From IMG/VR virus record IMGVR_UViG_3300032087_002755: a DNA stretch of 64,000 bases; one strand, written 5' to 3'. The DNA is from a virus. Every line of letters begins with the position of its first letter. The stretch's first letter is position 1. The notes beneath the pieces were generated by a model that was not told where the DNA came from, did no database searches, and worked only from the letters and a program-made list of their open reading frames with translations. The position numbers were made by a program, and so were the translations under genes. Positions 10,452 through 19,307 of this stretch are shown in pieces.

Positions 10452-10717
10452 CACAATATGACAATAGAGTTCAATACCAAAGAGATTTGATTGCAGCTGA
10501 AGAATGGTCTAAGACTGTTAAATCAGTTCATGCACATTCACTTAGTTCAATGTGGTATGACACTAGACCCGAAGATACTGCAGATGGTAAATCTGTTTTA
10601 GATGTCCAATATAATAGTGAAATCATTAGAAGAACAACTTCAGACGGTGAAACAGTTATATTTGGAACACCATTGAAAGGTCAAGAACTTGTAGATTCAT
10701 ACATAAGACATAACTAA
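10448..10717 (+). CDS. Hypothetical protein
   Basis: GGAG SD; coupled to gp62. Confidence 0.6.
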   Translation: MTQYDNRVQYQRDLIAAEEWSKTVKSVHAHSLSSMWYDTRPEDTADGKSVLDVQYNSEIIRRTTSDGETVIFGTPLKGQELVDSYIRHN

Positions 10718-11109
10718 TGTCTAAACGAAATCCATTCGATTTTGTAAAGTCGGTCTCTTACGACAAAAAAGACCTCATGGTTGATGAGGTCGAAGAGAAA
10801 TCATATCAACCATTCCTAATAAACAAAGCATTATCTTATCACCAAGATTCTGTTTTTCTTACTAACGAAATGAATACTAGACACGGGTTAGACAACCGTC
10901 TTCAGTATGTCTTTTTCCTAAATACTCTAAGGAAAAGACAAAGATTTTCCAAATGGAGTAAACCTTACGTTAGTAAAAAACTCGATATAATTAAAGAGTA
11001 TTATCAGATATCAACTAGAGAGGCAAAAGAATATGCAACTTTACTATCTGAAAAACAATATCGTGAATTGAAAAATAGAATGACCACTGGTGGTAAAGAT
11101 AATGGATAA
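10717..11109 (+). CDS. 62: Clamp loader small subunit
   Basis: YQPFLINKALS, LRKRQRFSKW; position. Confidence 0.9.
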   Translation: MSKRNPFDFVKSVSYDKKDLMVDEVEEKSYQPFLINKALSYHQDSVFLTNEMNTRHGLDNRLQYVFFLNTLRKRQRFSKWSKPYVSKKLDIIKEYYQISTREAKEYATLLSEKQYRELKNRMTTGGKDNG

Positions 11110-11512
11110 CCAAGAAGACATAGTAAAAGACTTAGTAGAAGTCACATTCCCCGAAAAAGACGATTTCCTAAAGATACGTGAAACACTATCTAGAATAGGT
11201 GTTGCATCAAGAAAAGACAAAGAACTATTTCAGTCATGTCATATCTTACACAAACGTGGTAAGTATTATATCACTCATTTCAAAGAACTATTCAAACTAG
11301 ACGGTAAGCCGTCCAACTTAGACGAGTCAGATATTGCAAGAAGGAACACTATAGTGTCACTTTTAGAACAATGGAAACTAGTTTCAGTTGTCAATAAACA
11401 ACAAATAGAAGAACCAAAAGCACCCCTAAGTCAGATAAAAATCATTCCATTTAGAGAGAAATCCGAATGGAAATTGACCACAAAATACTCAATCGGTTCT
11501 CAAAATAACTAA
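11102..11512 (+). CDS. regA: Translational repressor RegA
   Basis: DDFLKIRETLSRIG, LFQSCHILHKRGKYYITHFKELF. Confidence 0.95.
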   Translation: MDNQEDIVKDLVEVTFPEKDDFLKIRETLSRIGVASRKDKELFQSCHILHKRGKYYITHFKELFKLDGKPSNLDESDIARRNTIVSLLEQWKLVSVVNKQQIEEPKAPLSQIKIIPFREKSEWKLTTKYSIGSQNN

Positions 11513-11522
11513 ATACCACTGT

Positions 11523-11530
11523 TATAAATA
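11523..11530 (+). promoter_or_regulatory. Late promoter TATAAATA
   Basis: Exact consensus. Confidence 0.7.
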
Positions 11531-11541
11531 AATCATAACAA

Positions 11542-11760
11542 ATGGAGGATACTATGTTCGCAGGAATAATAGATTTCATTATGGGAATTTGGAATTTACT
11601 AATGGTAATTCCAGTCGTAATATCGATTTGTAGTGTTATTGTCGCTTTGACACCTACACCACATGATGATAAGATATGGGCCAAGGTATACAAATACCTA
11701 GAAGTCCTTGCATTAGCAATTGGTAAAGCAAAGGATAAAAATCCATTGTTAGATAAATAA
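11542..11760 (+). CDS. Small membrane protein (holin-like)
   Basis: One TM segment followed by ALTPTPHDDK; late promoter upstream. Confidence 0.55.
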   Translation: MEDTMFAGIIDFIMGIWNLLMVIPVVISICSVIVALTPTPHDDKIWAKVYKYLEVLALAIGKAKDKNPLLDK

Positions 11761-11776
11761 ATCGAGGTAATACTTT

Positions 11777-12013
11777 ATGGAAATTATAATTGGAATTATT
11801 GTTATAGTTGGATTAGTTTGGTTTTTCAATAAGGATAAGGATTCGAAAGTCTCGAAACCAGCTCCTGCTCCTCAACCTAAGAAACCTAGTGTTGCAGAAT
11901 TGAAGAAGTTAACTAAGAATCAACTCTTAGAAATGGCAGATAAGAAGAGTCTTAAAGTCAAAAAGAGTGGTTCAAAAGCAGCTGTAATCAATGAATTACG
12001 TGACCAGTTATAA
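11777..12013 (+). CDS. Membrane-anchored protein with Rho-N/SAP-like helix-extension-helix domain
   Basis: N-terminal TM, Pro/Lys linker, LKKLTKNQLLEMADKKSLKVKKSGSKAAVINEL. Confidence 0.6.
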   Translation: MEIIIGIIVIVGLVWFFNKDKDSKVSKPAPAPQPKKPSVAELKKLTKNQLLEMADKKSLKVKKSGSKAAVINELRDQL

Positions 12014-12031
12014 ACTGAAACGTGATTGATA

Positions 12032-12057
12032 AAGAGGGGTCTATCGACCCCTTTTTT
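12032..12057 (+). terminator. Rho-independent terminator
   Basis: AAGAGGGGTC-TATC-GACCCC-TTTTTT. Confidence 0.85.
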
Positions 12058-12078
12058 GTGCGCAGACAATTTTAAAAG

Positions 12079-12086
12079 TATAAATA
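12079..12086 (+). promoter_or_regulatory. Late promoter heading the curli/cyclase operon
   Basis: TATAAATA just after terminator, 5 nt before ATG 12092. Confidence 0.75.
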
Positions 12087-12091
12087 AAGGT

Positions 12092-12385
12092 ATGGATATA
12101 TTTGCATTGATAAGTGAAGTGGGAGCTCCAATTGCTGGAAGTCTAGTAATGGGATTCTTTATCTTTACAGTTATCAAACAAATACTTGAAGGTGTTGTTG
12201 ATTCTATCAAAACCCTCACCATGTTTTGTAAGAGTTTAGAGAACAGAGCAAGAACAATGTCTAACGAAATGATTAAGATAGATATGTTAGTGTCAAGTGC
12301 TTTAGAACTCAGACCCGATATAGAGAGAATTGCACGTGCAGAGAACTTTATAGAAGACGGGAAACTAGACGTGAGAAGGGACTAG
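12092..12385 (+). CDS. Small single-TM coiled-coil protein
   Basis: LISEVGAPIAGSLVMGFFIF then coiled coil; resembles next gene. Confidence 0.7.
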   Translation: MDIFALISEVGAPIAGSLVMGFFIFTVIKQILEGVVDSIKTLTMFCKSLENRARTMSNEMIKIDMLVSSALELRPDIERIARAENFIEDGKLDVRRD

Positions 12386-12666
12386 TGGAAAATATAGCAC
12401 AACTTATATCTGATTATGGATTTCCAATCGTAATGATGGTTGGACTTGGATATTTCGTATATTACGTATGGTGGTTTGTGGGTGAACAATTAGAACCCGA
12501 AATCGAAAAACAACATTTTGCATTGATAAAAGTGATTGACCAAGTACGAATGTTAGACCAAGACTTGATTCGTCTACAACAAAAAGTAGACGTGGTTCTT
12601 GAATATAAAGAGAACCAAAAGAAAAAGGGAAACATAACAGATGATAAAGCCGATAGTAATAATTAG
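12385..12666 (+). CDS. Small single-TM coiled-coil protein (YvrJ/BhlA-like N-terminus)
   Basis: LISDYGFPIVMMVGLGYFVY then coiled coil. Confidence 0.7.
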   Translation: MENIAQLISDYGFPIVMMVGLGYFVYYVWWFVGEQLEPEIEKQHFALIKVIDQVRMLDQDLIRLQQKVDVVLEYKENQKKKGNITDDKADSNN

Positions 12667-13099
12667 TATTTGTTTTGCACTTAGTGTAAGTGCAGATGAA
12701 ATAGTTCACAAATTCAAAAGTCCTTCCTTCAGTGGAATAGGACAATCATCACATTATCTTACCATTGAGAACCAAGAGAAATCAAGACGTGATAAGATAG
12801 CACAAGACGTAGAAGACAGAATTGCAAAGGCAGAGAGAGACGCTAATAACACTACACTTGCCAAATTTTTAAGAAATGTCGAGAGCAGAATTTATGCTCA
12901 GATAGCAAAACAGTTAGTAGAAAATATGTTCTCTAACGGAGAAGCTGCACAATTCGGTTCCTTCACTATTGAAGGTAATACAGTCACATATGAAAAGATA
13001 ACACTAGACGATGGTGTAGAAGTTATCAGATTAACAATTGTATCCGATGACGGAACAACAACAACATTAGATATACCAGTTGCAACGGGAAGTTTCTAA
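12641..13099 (+). CDS. csgF: Curli assembly component CsgF-like
   Basis: Signal peptide, then HKFKSPSFSG (cf. CsgF FxNPxFGG); C-terminal TTTLDIP; adjacent to csgG. Confidence 0.8.
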   Translation: MIKPIVIISICFALSVSADEIVHKFKSPSFSGIGQSSHYLTIENQEKSRRDKIAQDVEDRIAKAERDANNTTLAKFLRNVESRIYAQIAKQLVENMFSNGEAAQFGSFTIEGNTVTYEKITLDDGVEVIRLTIVSDDGTTTTLDIPVATGSF

Positions 13100-14053
13100 A
13101 TGAACAGAATTGGACTAGTAGGACTCACGGTAGTCTTGTTCACTACAGGGTGTGCAAGTGTTCCTTCTATGACAGATAGTTGCACCTCTACAGTTATGGA
13201 AAGGGTGGGTTCTTGTATTGAAGAAGCACAAGTAGTGAAGATACCTACTTATCAAGAACTTGCAGAATTACCACCTGCTGAAACAATGCCTATCGTTGCA
13301 GTCTATGGTTTCCTAGATAAGACAGGACAAAGGAAGAGAATGGACGGAGTTGCCTCCTTCTCAACTGCAGTGACCCAAGGTGCAGAAGCATATTTAATTG
13401 ATGCACTTAAATCTGCAAGTGGTGGAAAATGGTTTAGGGTTGTAGAACGAACAAATTTAGATGCACTCGTAAGAGAACGACAAATCATACGTAGTGCTAG
13501 AGAAGACTTTGCAAATCAAGAAGGTAATGAGGATTCCCCAACAGGAATTCAACCACTTCTATTTGCTGGAATCCTACTTGACGGTGGGGTTATTGGTTAT
13601 GATACCAACATTGAAAGTGGAGGCCGAGGTGCAAGAACATTGGGCATCGGTGCTTCGAACTCTTATAGAAGAGATGTTGTGACTGTAAGTTTAAGAGGGG
13701 TCTCTACACTTACAGGTGAAATTTTACTTAATGTACAAACTACCAAAACGATTCTATCGACTGGTGGGGGGTATGACGTGTTTAAATTTCTAGACATGGA
13801 TACCCAATTAGTGGAAGTTGAAGACGGAGTTGCAACAAACGAAGGAGTATCGAAAGCTACTCGTTCTGCAATTGAACTTGCGGTCTTAGAATTAATAAAA
13901 CAAGGTGACGAAAGGGGATTTTGGAAGATAAATTGGCCGATAACTGAATCGAAAATAAAAGAGGAAGTGTCAGACTTTTTAGACGAAAATGAAATTGTCT
14001 TAGTTACAGAGGGAAAAACAAATGAAGAAAATAGAATATTCAATAAAGAATAA
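13100..14053 (+). CDS. csgG: Curli secretion channel CsgG (outer-membrane lipoprotein)
   Basis: Lipobox FTTGC; VAVYGFLDKTGQRK, STAVTQGA, WFRVVER, ERQIIR, GGVIGYD. Confidence 0.92.
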   Translation: MNRIGLVGLTVVLFTTGCASVPSMTDSCTSTVMERVGSCIEEAQVVKIPTYQELAELPPAETMPIVAVYGFLDKTGQRKRMDGVASFSTAVTQGAEAYLIDALKSASGGKWFRVVERTNLDALVRERQIIRSAREDFANQEGNEDSPTGIQPLLFAGILLDGGVIGYDTNIESGGRGARTLGIGASNSYRRDVVTVSLRGVSTLTGEILLNVQTTKTILSTGGGYDVFKFLDMDTQLVEVEDGVATNEGVSKATRSAIELAVLELIKQGDERGFWKINWPITESKIKEEVSDFLDENEIVLVTEGKTNEENRIFNKE

Positions 14054-14771
14054 ACTTCTTTTATTATGTTTATCATTAGGGTTAACTGGTTTCGTAACTG
14101 CAGCTGCAGATGATAACGAGATATGGTTACAACAGTCGGGTGACAATCTAACATTAGATTTCACTCAAAAAGGTTATGGAAACAAAGTTGGTGGAGATGA
14201 CTTTTCAAGTTCAGCAATTGACATGATTTTGACTGGTGGAACTAACAGTTTTACATTATTGCAAGATGGTGATGCTAACAAACTATACGGGCCTTTTATT
14301 GCAGATAACTCAACAGTAGATTTAACTTTCACTGGTGATTCAAATTCAATGGACTGGAACGTAGGATATGTTGGAAGTGCAGATAACTTAAACATGTTAG
14401 GAACTATTACAGGTTCATCAAACACATTTGATATTGATGTCGGATATGATGCATCTGCAGAATATCTTAACTGGGATTTATCACTCAGTGGTTCATCAAA
14501 TGTATTCACTACAAAAATAGACAGTGATAATGCTGTTTGGAATTGGACTATTACTGGTTCATCTAACGACATTAACACAAACCAATCTGATGCATCTGAT
14601 AATAGTATCACTGCAACTTTAACTGGTTCTACCAATGACATCGACATCATTCAAAAGAGTGGTTCAGATGCTGGGTGTCCTTCGGGGTCACTATGTAGTG
14701 GTATTATTGATGTATCTTTCGTGACTTCTAATGCAGATATTGACATCGTACAAAAAGACTCTGCTGATTAA
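14022..14771 (+). CDS. Secreted curlin-like beta-solenoid repeat protein 1
   Basis: Signal peptide; repeated strand-turn units ending GxxN (QSGDN, QKGYGN, QDGDAN, TGSSN, SGSSN, TGSTN). Confidence 0.75.
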   Translation: MKKIEYSIKNKLLLLCLSLGLTGFVTAAADDNEIWLQQSGDNLTLDFTQKGYGNKVGGDDFSSSAIDMILTGGTNSFTLLQDGDANKLYGPFIADNSTVDLTFTGDSNSMDWNVGYVGSADNLNMLGTITGSSNTFDIDVGYDASAEYLNWDLSLSGSSNVFTTKIDSDNAVWNWTITGSSNDINTNQSDASDNSITATLTGSTNDIDIIQKSGSDAGCPSGSLCSGIIDVSFVTSNADIDIVQKDSAD

Positions 14772-15867
14772 TATTTTACTTATTGGTTCACTTCAAGGTG
14801 AACCGATAGGTGAGATAACAGAATATAAAGGGTATGCAGGCCTGCAAAGGGACGGAGAGAATTCCGTTGTCCTTGCAGATAGTGAACCCGAAGTGTTGAT
14901 GTATGATACAGCACAAACTCAGAATGGGAGAATGAAAATACAGTTTCTTGGAGACGAGGAATTGGATTTAACAGAACACTCCAAGGTTTGGATAGACGAG
15001 GTCTACTATGACCCCGACCCTTCCAAATCTAAAATGGCCATACGAATGGCACAAGGCACCGCTCGATTTGCTTCGGGATTCGGTGGTAAGATAAAAAAAA
15101 GTAATATCAAAGTGTCCACACCCACAGCACAAATCGCTGTGGTTGGAACTGATTTCACTACAAGTATAGATGAAATCGGAAGGTCTCTTGTTATACTATT
15201 GCCTGATAAATGGGGTAACCCTTCGGGTAAAATTATCGTAAGTAACGCAGGTGGAAGTGTAACACTAGAAGAAGCCTATCAAGCAACTATGGTTTCTACA
15301 TTTGATGATTCACCGACTAAACCAGTAACAGTCAGTGGAATAAGTGTAGGAATGATTGATAATATGTTTATTGTCAATCCACCCGAGGAGGTGCAAGACC
15401 AAATTGCAGAAGAATCGTCTAACAACGAAAATGATAGTAGTAACATACTGGACGTGGACTTTTTAGAGTTCAATGATTTAGAAGAAGATTATTTTGAAGA
15501 TGACGAATTAGAATATACAGAACTCGATAGAGACTTATTAGATATCGATTTCTTACAGGATTTACTAGACGTAGTTTTAGATATTGACCGAAAGGTTGGT
15601 ATTGATGTAGAGAGAAAGGCAGACGCTTTTTCTGTTGCAAGAATAGAAGGAACTGCGTTTGGGTTTGACAAGGACACTCAATACAATACAATTGTTGACA
15701 AGGGTCTTGGTCAAATTTGGTTCTACAGGGAAGTTAATGGAATTATATCCATTAAAATACCAATCTATGCACAAGCAACGATTAGAACCACTACAGACGA
15801 AAAAGGTTCACTAATTAAAGTGGGTGATGGTTCGTCTATAAATATTACCATTACACAAACAAACTAG
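14731..15867 (+). CDS. FecR-domain exported protein with acidic linker
   Basis: Signal-like N-terminus; DTAQTQNGRMKIQF..LDLTEHSKV, VSTPTAQIAVVGTDF, GKIIVSNAGG typical of FecR domains. Confidence 0.8.
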   Translation: MQILTSYKKTLLINILLIGSLQGEPIGEITEYKGYAGLQRDGENSVVLADSEPEVLMYDTAQTQNGRMKIQFLGDEELDLTEHSKVWIDEVYYDPDPSKSKMAIRMAQGTARFASGFGGKIKKSNIKVSTPTAQIAVVGTDFTTSIDEIGRSLVILLPDKWGNPSGKIIVSNAGGSVTLEEAYQATMVSTFDDSPTKPVTVSGISVGMIDNMFIVNPPEEVQDQIAEESSNNENDSSNILDVDFLEFNDLEEDYFEDDELEYTELDRDLLDIDFLQDLLDVVLDIDRKVGIDVERKADAFSVARIEGTAFGFDKDTQYNTIVDKGLGQIWFYREVNGIISIKIPIYAQATIRTTTDEKGSLIKVGDGSSINITITQTN

Positions 15868-15875
15868 GAGATTAT

Positions 15876-16025
15876 ATGAATAGTATGTTAGAAAAACTTC
15901 GTAATTGGCACGAATTCCAAATTGACGGATTTCGAGATGCACTGAGACTAGACGATTACCATATGTTATGGTTATCATTCCTCAAGGGAGTAGTATTTAC
16001 ATTATTATTTTTATGGTTAATATAA
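15876..16025 (+). CDS. Small membrane protein (49 aa, not in ORF track)
   Basis: AGGAG SD; MNSMLEKLRNWHEFQ...WLSFLKGVVFTLLFLWLI. Confidence 0.6.
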   Translation: MNSMLEKLRNWHEFQIDGFRDALRLDDYHMLWLSFLKGVVFTLLFLWLI

Positions 16026-16030
16026 GTTAA

Positions 16031-16849
16031 ATGAAAGATACCACACTGAACATTGCAGTTTTATTTCTACTTTCCATATTAGGATTGGGGTGGTCAAGTG
16101 TGGCATCTGCTAATGATAATTCAATAACAATTAAACAAGTTAATAGTGGTGATAATGTTGATTTAGATGTAACACAAGAAGGTTTTGCAAATACAATTGA
16201 CTTTTCCTTTGACCACCAAAACAACACTATGAAATTAATTCAAAGTGGTAATAACAATTATATTGGATATACAGATGCATGGGGTTCGGGTTATCAGTGG
16301 GGTGGTGACCTAGACGGACAAAACAGTGATATAGAAATCAGACAAAAATGTTCTTTTGCAACATGTAATGACAATGATTTCCAATTTCATATTCAAGGTG
16401 ATTCCAATCAAGTTATCTTTGGTCAAGGATATGAACTCAATAATTCACTTACACCTACTTGGAGTTATGACGGAACTGAGCCTGGTGGAAACTTTGTAAG
16501 ATTAGATATTCATGGTTCCTCCAATGATTTTGTAGGAAGTCAGAAACAAGATACAAGTGCTGTTGAGCATAGTATGACTTGGAACATTTATGGTAATAAT
16601 AATTATGTCTATTCAAAACAAATGCAGAATGGAAATAAGACACTTACAGGAACAATCAACAACAGTAACAATACAATATCAACAGTTCAGAAAAAGGCTG
16701 GTGCTCACACTGCAAACATAACTCTTAGTGGAACTTACGGAACAAATCTTACCTTAACTCAAACAGGTGACACTGCACAATCATATACACTATCCCAAAC
16801 TTGTCAAACAGTTGGTGGTTGTACATTATCAGTAACCCAAGGAAATTAA
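16031..16849 (+). CDS. Secreted curlin-like beta-solenoid repeat protein 2
   Basis: Signal peptide ending ASA; QxGxxN repeats (QEGFAN, QSGNNN, QGDSN, HGSSN, YGNNN); Q/N/G/S/T-rich. Confidence 0.8.
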   Translation: MKDTTLNIAVLFLLSILGLGWSSVASANDNSITIKQVNSGDNVDLDVTQEGFANTIDFSFDHQNNTMKLIQSGNNNYIGYTDAWGSGYQWGGDLDGQNSDIEIRQKCSFATCNDNDFQFHIQGDSNQVIFGQGYELNNSLTPTWSYDGTEPGGNFVRLDIHGSSNDFVGSQKQDTSAVEHSMTWNIYGNNNYVYSKQMQNGNKTLTGTINNSNNTISTVQKKAGAHTANITLSGTYGTNLTLTQTGDTAQSYTLSQTCQTVGGCTLSVTQGN

Positions 16850-16850
16850 A

Positions 16851-17108
16851 ATGACAGAATGTCCACCCGAGTTTTATGAGTGTCTCACTGAAGAAGAGTA
16901 TGACGACATATTAGAACTCTTTGAAGAGAACAATATTTCAATGCCTGAATCAATGGGTGACGCAGAAGTAGCTGCACAATTTGTTTGGGAAGTTCTTTTT
17001 CTCGGCCCAGTAGAGTTAATCTCTATTGGACTTACAATGACGGTTCTTGCAACATATGGTTTAACAATATACTATATGTTTAAAAAGATACAAAAGAAAT
17101 TTAGTTAA
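16851..17108 (+). CDS. Small membrane protein
   Basis: Acidic N-terminus, C-terminal TM, basic tail; coupled to cyclase start. Confidence 0.65.
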   Translation: MTECPPEFYECLTEEEYDDILELFEENNISMPESMGDAEVAAQFVWEVLFLGPVELISIGLTMTVLATYGLTIYYMFKKIQKKFS

Positions 17109-18946
17109 TGTATAGTTGGAAAACAGTCCTAATCACAATAGGTGCATTAGTAGGACTTAAAATTTGGTCTCCCTATCTAGTAGAAAATATCACTTGGTCT
17201 TACTTTGATGTTTTACATCAATCTCAGGAAGTTATCAGGTCAGATGACATTGTCTTAGTCGACATAGACGAAAAATCACTTGAAGTGTTCGGTCAGTTTC
17301 CTATCAAACGTAGTATCTATAGGGATATCATGCTTGACACTCATTACACTAATACACATGTTTTTACTCAACTCTTCAATCAACCTGATAGAAATTCAGG
17401 AGAAGATGAAATTTTTGCAGAAGGATTAGTCAACCGATTATCAATTCTTGCAGCTGCACCAACCATACAAAAAGACACTGGTTCTGCACCCTTCGTAGGT
17501 AACTCTACCTTTGGGGGTGGAAGTGCAACAGACCACCTATGGAACTTCTCAGGAATTTCAAGTCCTATCAGGATACTTCAGGACAATACTTACGGAGTTG
17601 GGGTTACTGTTGCAACACCTAGTGTAACTGGGACTGCAAACTTTGACGGGACGACTAGGTCAATACCTTTAATCGTCACTGCAAACGAACAGGTATATCC
17701 GTCACTTGCACTAGAAACACTTCGTGCATTAAAAGACCAACCTTCATACCAAACTAAAATTACAGAAGTTGGAGTAGAGTGGGTAAGAATGGGTAGGGAC
17801 AAACCTATCACCACCACTTCAACAAGTGATGTTATGGTAACCTATTGGAACGAATTCCAACGGGTTTCTGCAGTAGACTTACCTAGTCTAAATCTTAATA
17901 ATAAGATTCTTGTTTGGGGACTGACTGCAGAGGGATTGAATAATCCAGTTTCAACCCCAGTGGGTGTATTGTATCCTCACGAAGTTCAAGCGAACCATAT
18001 CCAAACCGTTTTGTCAGAAGTTCGTATACAACAATCCTACTATCTTGAACAGCTAGAAATTGTTCTTCTTCTGATAGTTCTTGGATTGATATTGGTGATG
18101 GTTTACAAACTTCCCACAGCTCTTGCGGGGATAATGAGTCTAACACTTGTAGGACTTCAAATCTTCGGGAGTTATTATATTTGGACTTCAAGTTACGTTC
18201 TTTTCGATACCTTCTTTTCATCGATTGCCTCCTTGATTGTTTTCGGTCATGCTTCATTCAATCAATATTACACAACTTACAAACTCAAAGAACAAATTAA
18301 GAAGCAGTTCCAAAAGTATTTATCTCCCGACATGGTTAACCAACTTGCAGAAAACCCCGATTTACTTAAACTAGGTGGTGATAGAAAAGAGTTAACTTTC
18401 ATGTTTATGGACATATGTGGATTTACCCCCATAAGTGAACACTATATGAAACAGGACGACCCCGAAGGATTGGTAGAACTAATCAACAAGTTTCTTGACA
18501 TGCAAACTAAGATAATCCTAAATAACAATGGAACCATCGATAAGTATATGGGCGATTGTATTATGAGTTTTTGGAACGCACCATTAGATTGTCCGAATCA
18601 TGCTGAAATGGCAGTAAAGTCTGCAATAGAAATTTTAGAAGCAACCAAGGAACTCAATGAAGAACTCAAACCGCTTAATCTTCCACCCATTAACGTGGGT
18701 ATTGGGATTAACACTGGTGAGTGCATCGTTGGAAACATGGGGTCAGAACTTAGATTTGACTATTCCGTCATTGGAGACGCCGTCAATCTCGGTGCTAGAC
18801 TCGAGGGACAAACAAGAAATTATGATGGGGTGGACGTGTTGTTGGGAGAAGCAACATATCGACAATGTCCGTCTAGAGCATTCACTGAAGTCGACAGAAT
18901 TCTTGTCAAAGGTAAATCTGAACCAGTTACAGTTTACACTATCTGA
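17108..18946 (+). CDS. CHASE2-domain class III adenylate cyclase
   Basis: N-terminal TM, IVLVDIDEKSL, YPSLALE, TPVG..YPHEVQAN, three TMs; catalytic FMDICGFT, DKYMGD, IGDAVNLGARLEG. Confidence 0.93.
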   Translation: MYSWKTVLITIGALVGLKIWSPYLVENITWSYFDVLHQSQEVIRSDDIVLVDIDEKSLEVFGQFPIKRSIYRDIMLDTHYTNTHVFTQLFNQPDRNSGEDEIFAEGLVNRLSILAAAPTIQKDTGSAPFVGNSTFGGGSATDHLWNFSGISSPIRILQDNTYGVGVTVATPSVTGTANFDGTTRSIPLIVTANEQVYPSLALETLRALKDQPSYQTKITEVGVEWVRMGRDKPITTTSTSDVMVTYWNEFQRVSAVDLPSLNLNNKILVWGLTAEGLNNPVSTPVGVLYPHEVQANHIQTVLSEVRIQQSYYLEQLEIVLLLIVLGLILVMVYKLPTALAGIMSLTLVGLQIFGSYYIWTSSYVLFDTFFSSIASLIVFGHASFNQYYTTYKLKEQIKKQFQKYLSPDMVNQLAENPDLLKLGGDRKELTFMFMDICGFTPISEHYMKQDDPEGLVELINKFLDMQTKIILNNNGTIDKYMGDCIMSFWNAPLDCPNHAEMAVKSAIEILEATKELNEELKPLNLPPINVGIGINTGECIVGNMGSELRFDYSVIGDAVNLGARLEGQTRNYDGVDVLLGEATYRQCPSRAFTEVDRILVKGKSEPVTVYTI

Positions 18947-19250
18947 ACCACCTAGTAATCGTCAATGGACTATATTCATTAGTCTACAACTCTTAGATAT
19001 CTATACAACCTATCGTGGACTTCAATATGATTGTGTTGTAGAAATGAATCCAGTATTGGGTGAATCACCTTCTGTAAGTAAAATGTTTTTCACTAAGGCT
19101 GCTTTACTTGCACCAGCACTCAATTACGACTTAAAGAATGAAAATCTTTCACAAGAAGTCTTTAACGAATTAAACTCATTTATGACACTTGTAGTTGTAA
19201 ATAACATTAATACAGCCAATAAAGCAAAAAAATATTGCATAAAAAAGTAA
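18657..19250 (+). CDS. Membrane protein (DUF5658-like C-terminus) overlapping cyclase 3' end
   Basis: AAGGA SD at 18647; signal-peptide-like N-terminus; LQLLDIYTTYRGL...EMNP. Confidence 0.6.
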   Translation: MKNSNRLIFHPLTWVLGLTLVSASLETWGQNLDLTIPSLETPSISVLDSRDKQEIMMGWTCCWEKQHIDNVRLEHSLKSTEFLSKVNLNQLQFTLSEPPSNRQWTIFISLQLLDIYTTYRGLQYDCVVEMNPVLGESPSVSKMFFTKAALLAPALNYDLKNENLSQEVFNELNSFMTLVVVNNINTANKAKKYCIKK

Positions 19251-19257
19251 AAACCCC

Positions 19258-19286
19258 CTTGAAATTTTAGAAAAAACCCATATAAT
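19258..19286 (+). promoter_or_regulatory. Candidate sigma32-like (or sigma70) promoter upstream of hsp20
   Basis: CTTGAAA...CCCATAT; also readable as TTGAAA-16-TATAAT. Confidence 0.5.
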
Positions 19287-19299
19287 AGTAGTATGGTGT

Positions 19300-19307
19300 T
19301 ATAAATA
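19300..19307 (+). promoter_or_regulatory. Late promoter TATAAATA
   Basis: Exact consensus. Confidence 0.7.

Noticed and set aside
19241-19270. Second A_AAA_AAG heptamer before a stop codon
   Set aside because: The -1 frame closes after 7 codons and runs into the hsp20 promoter; likely chance in Lys-Lys endings
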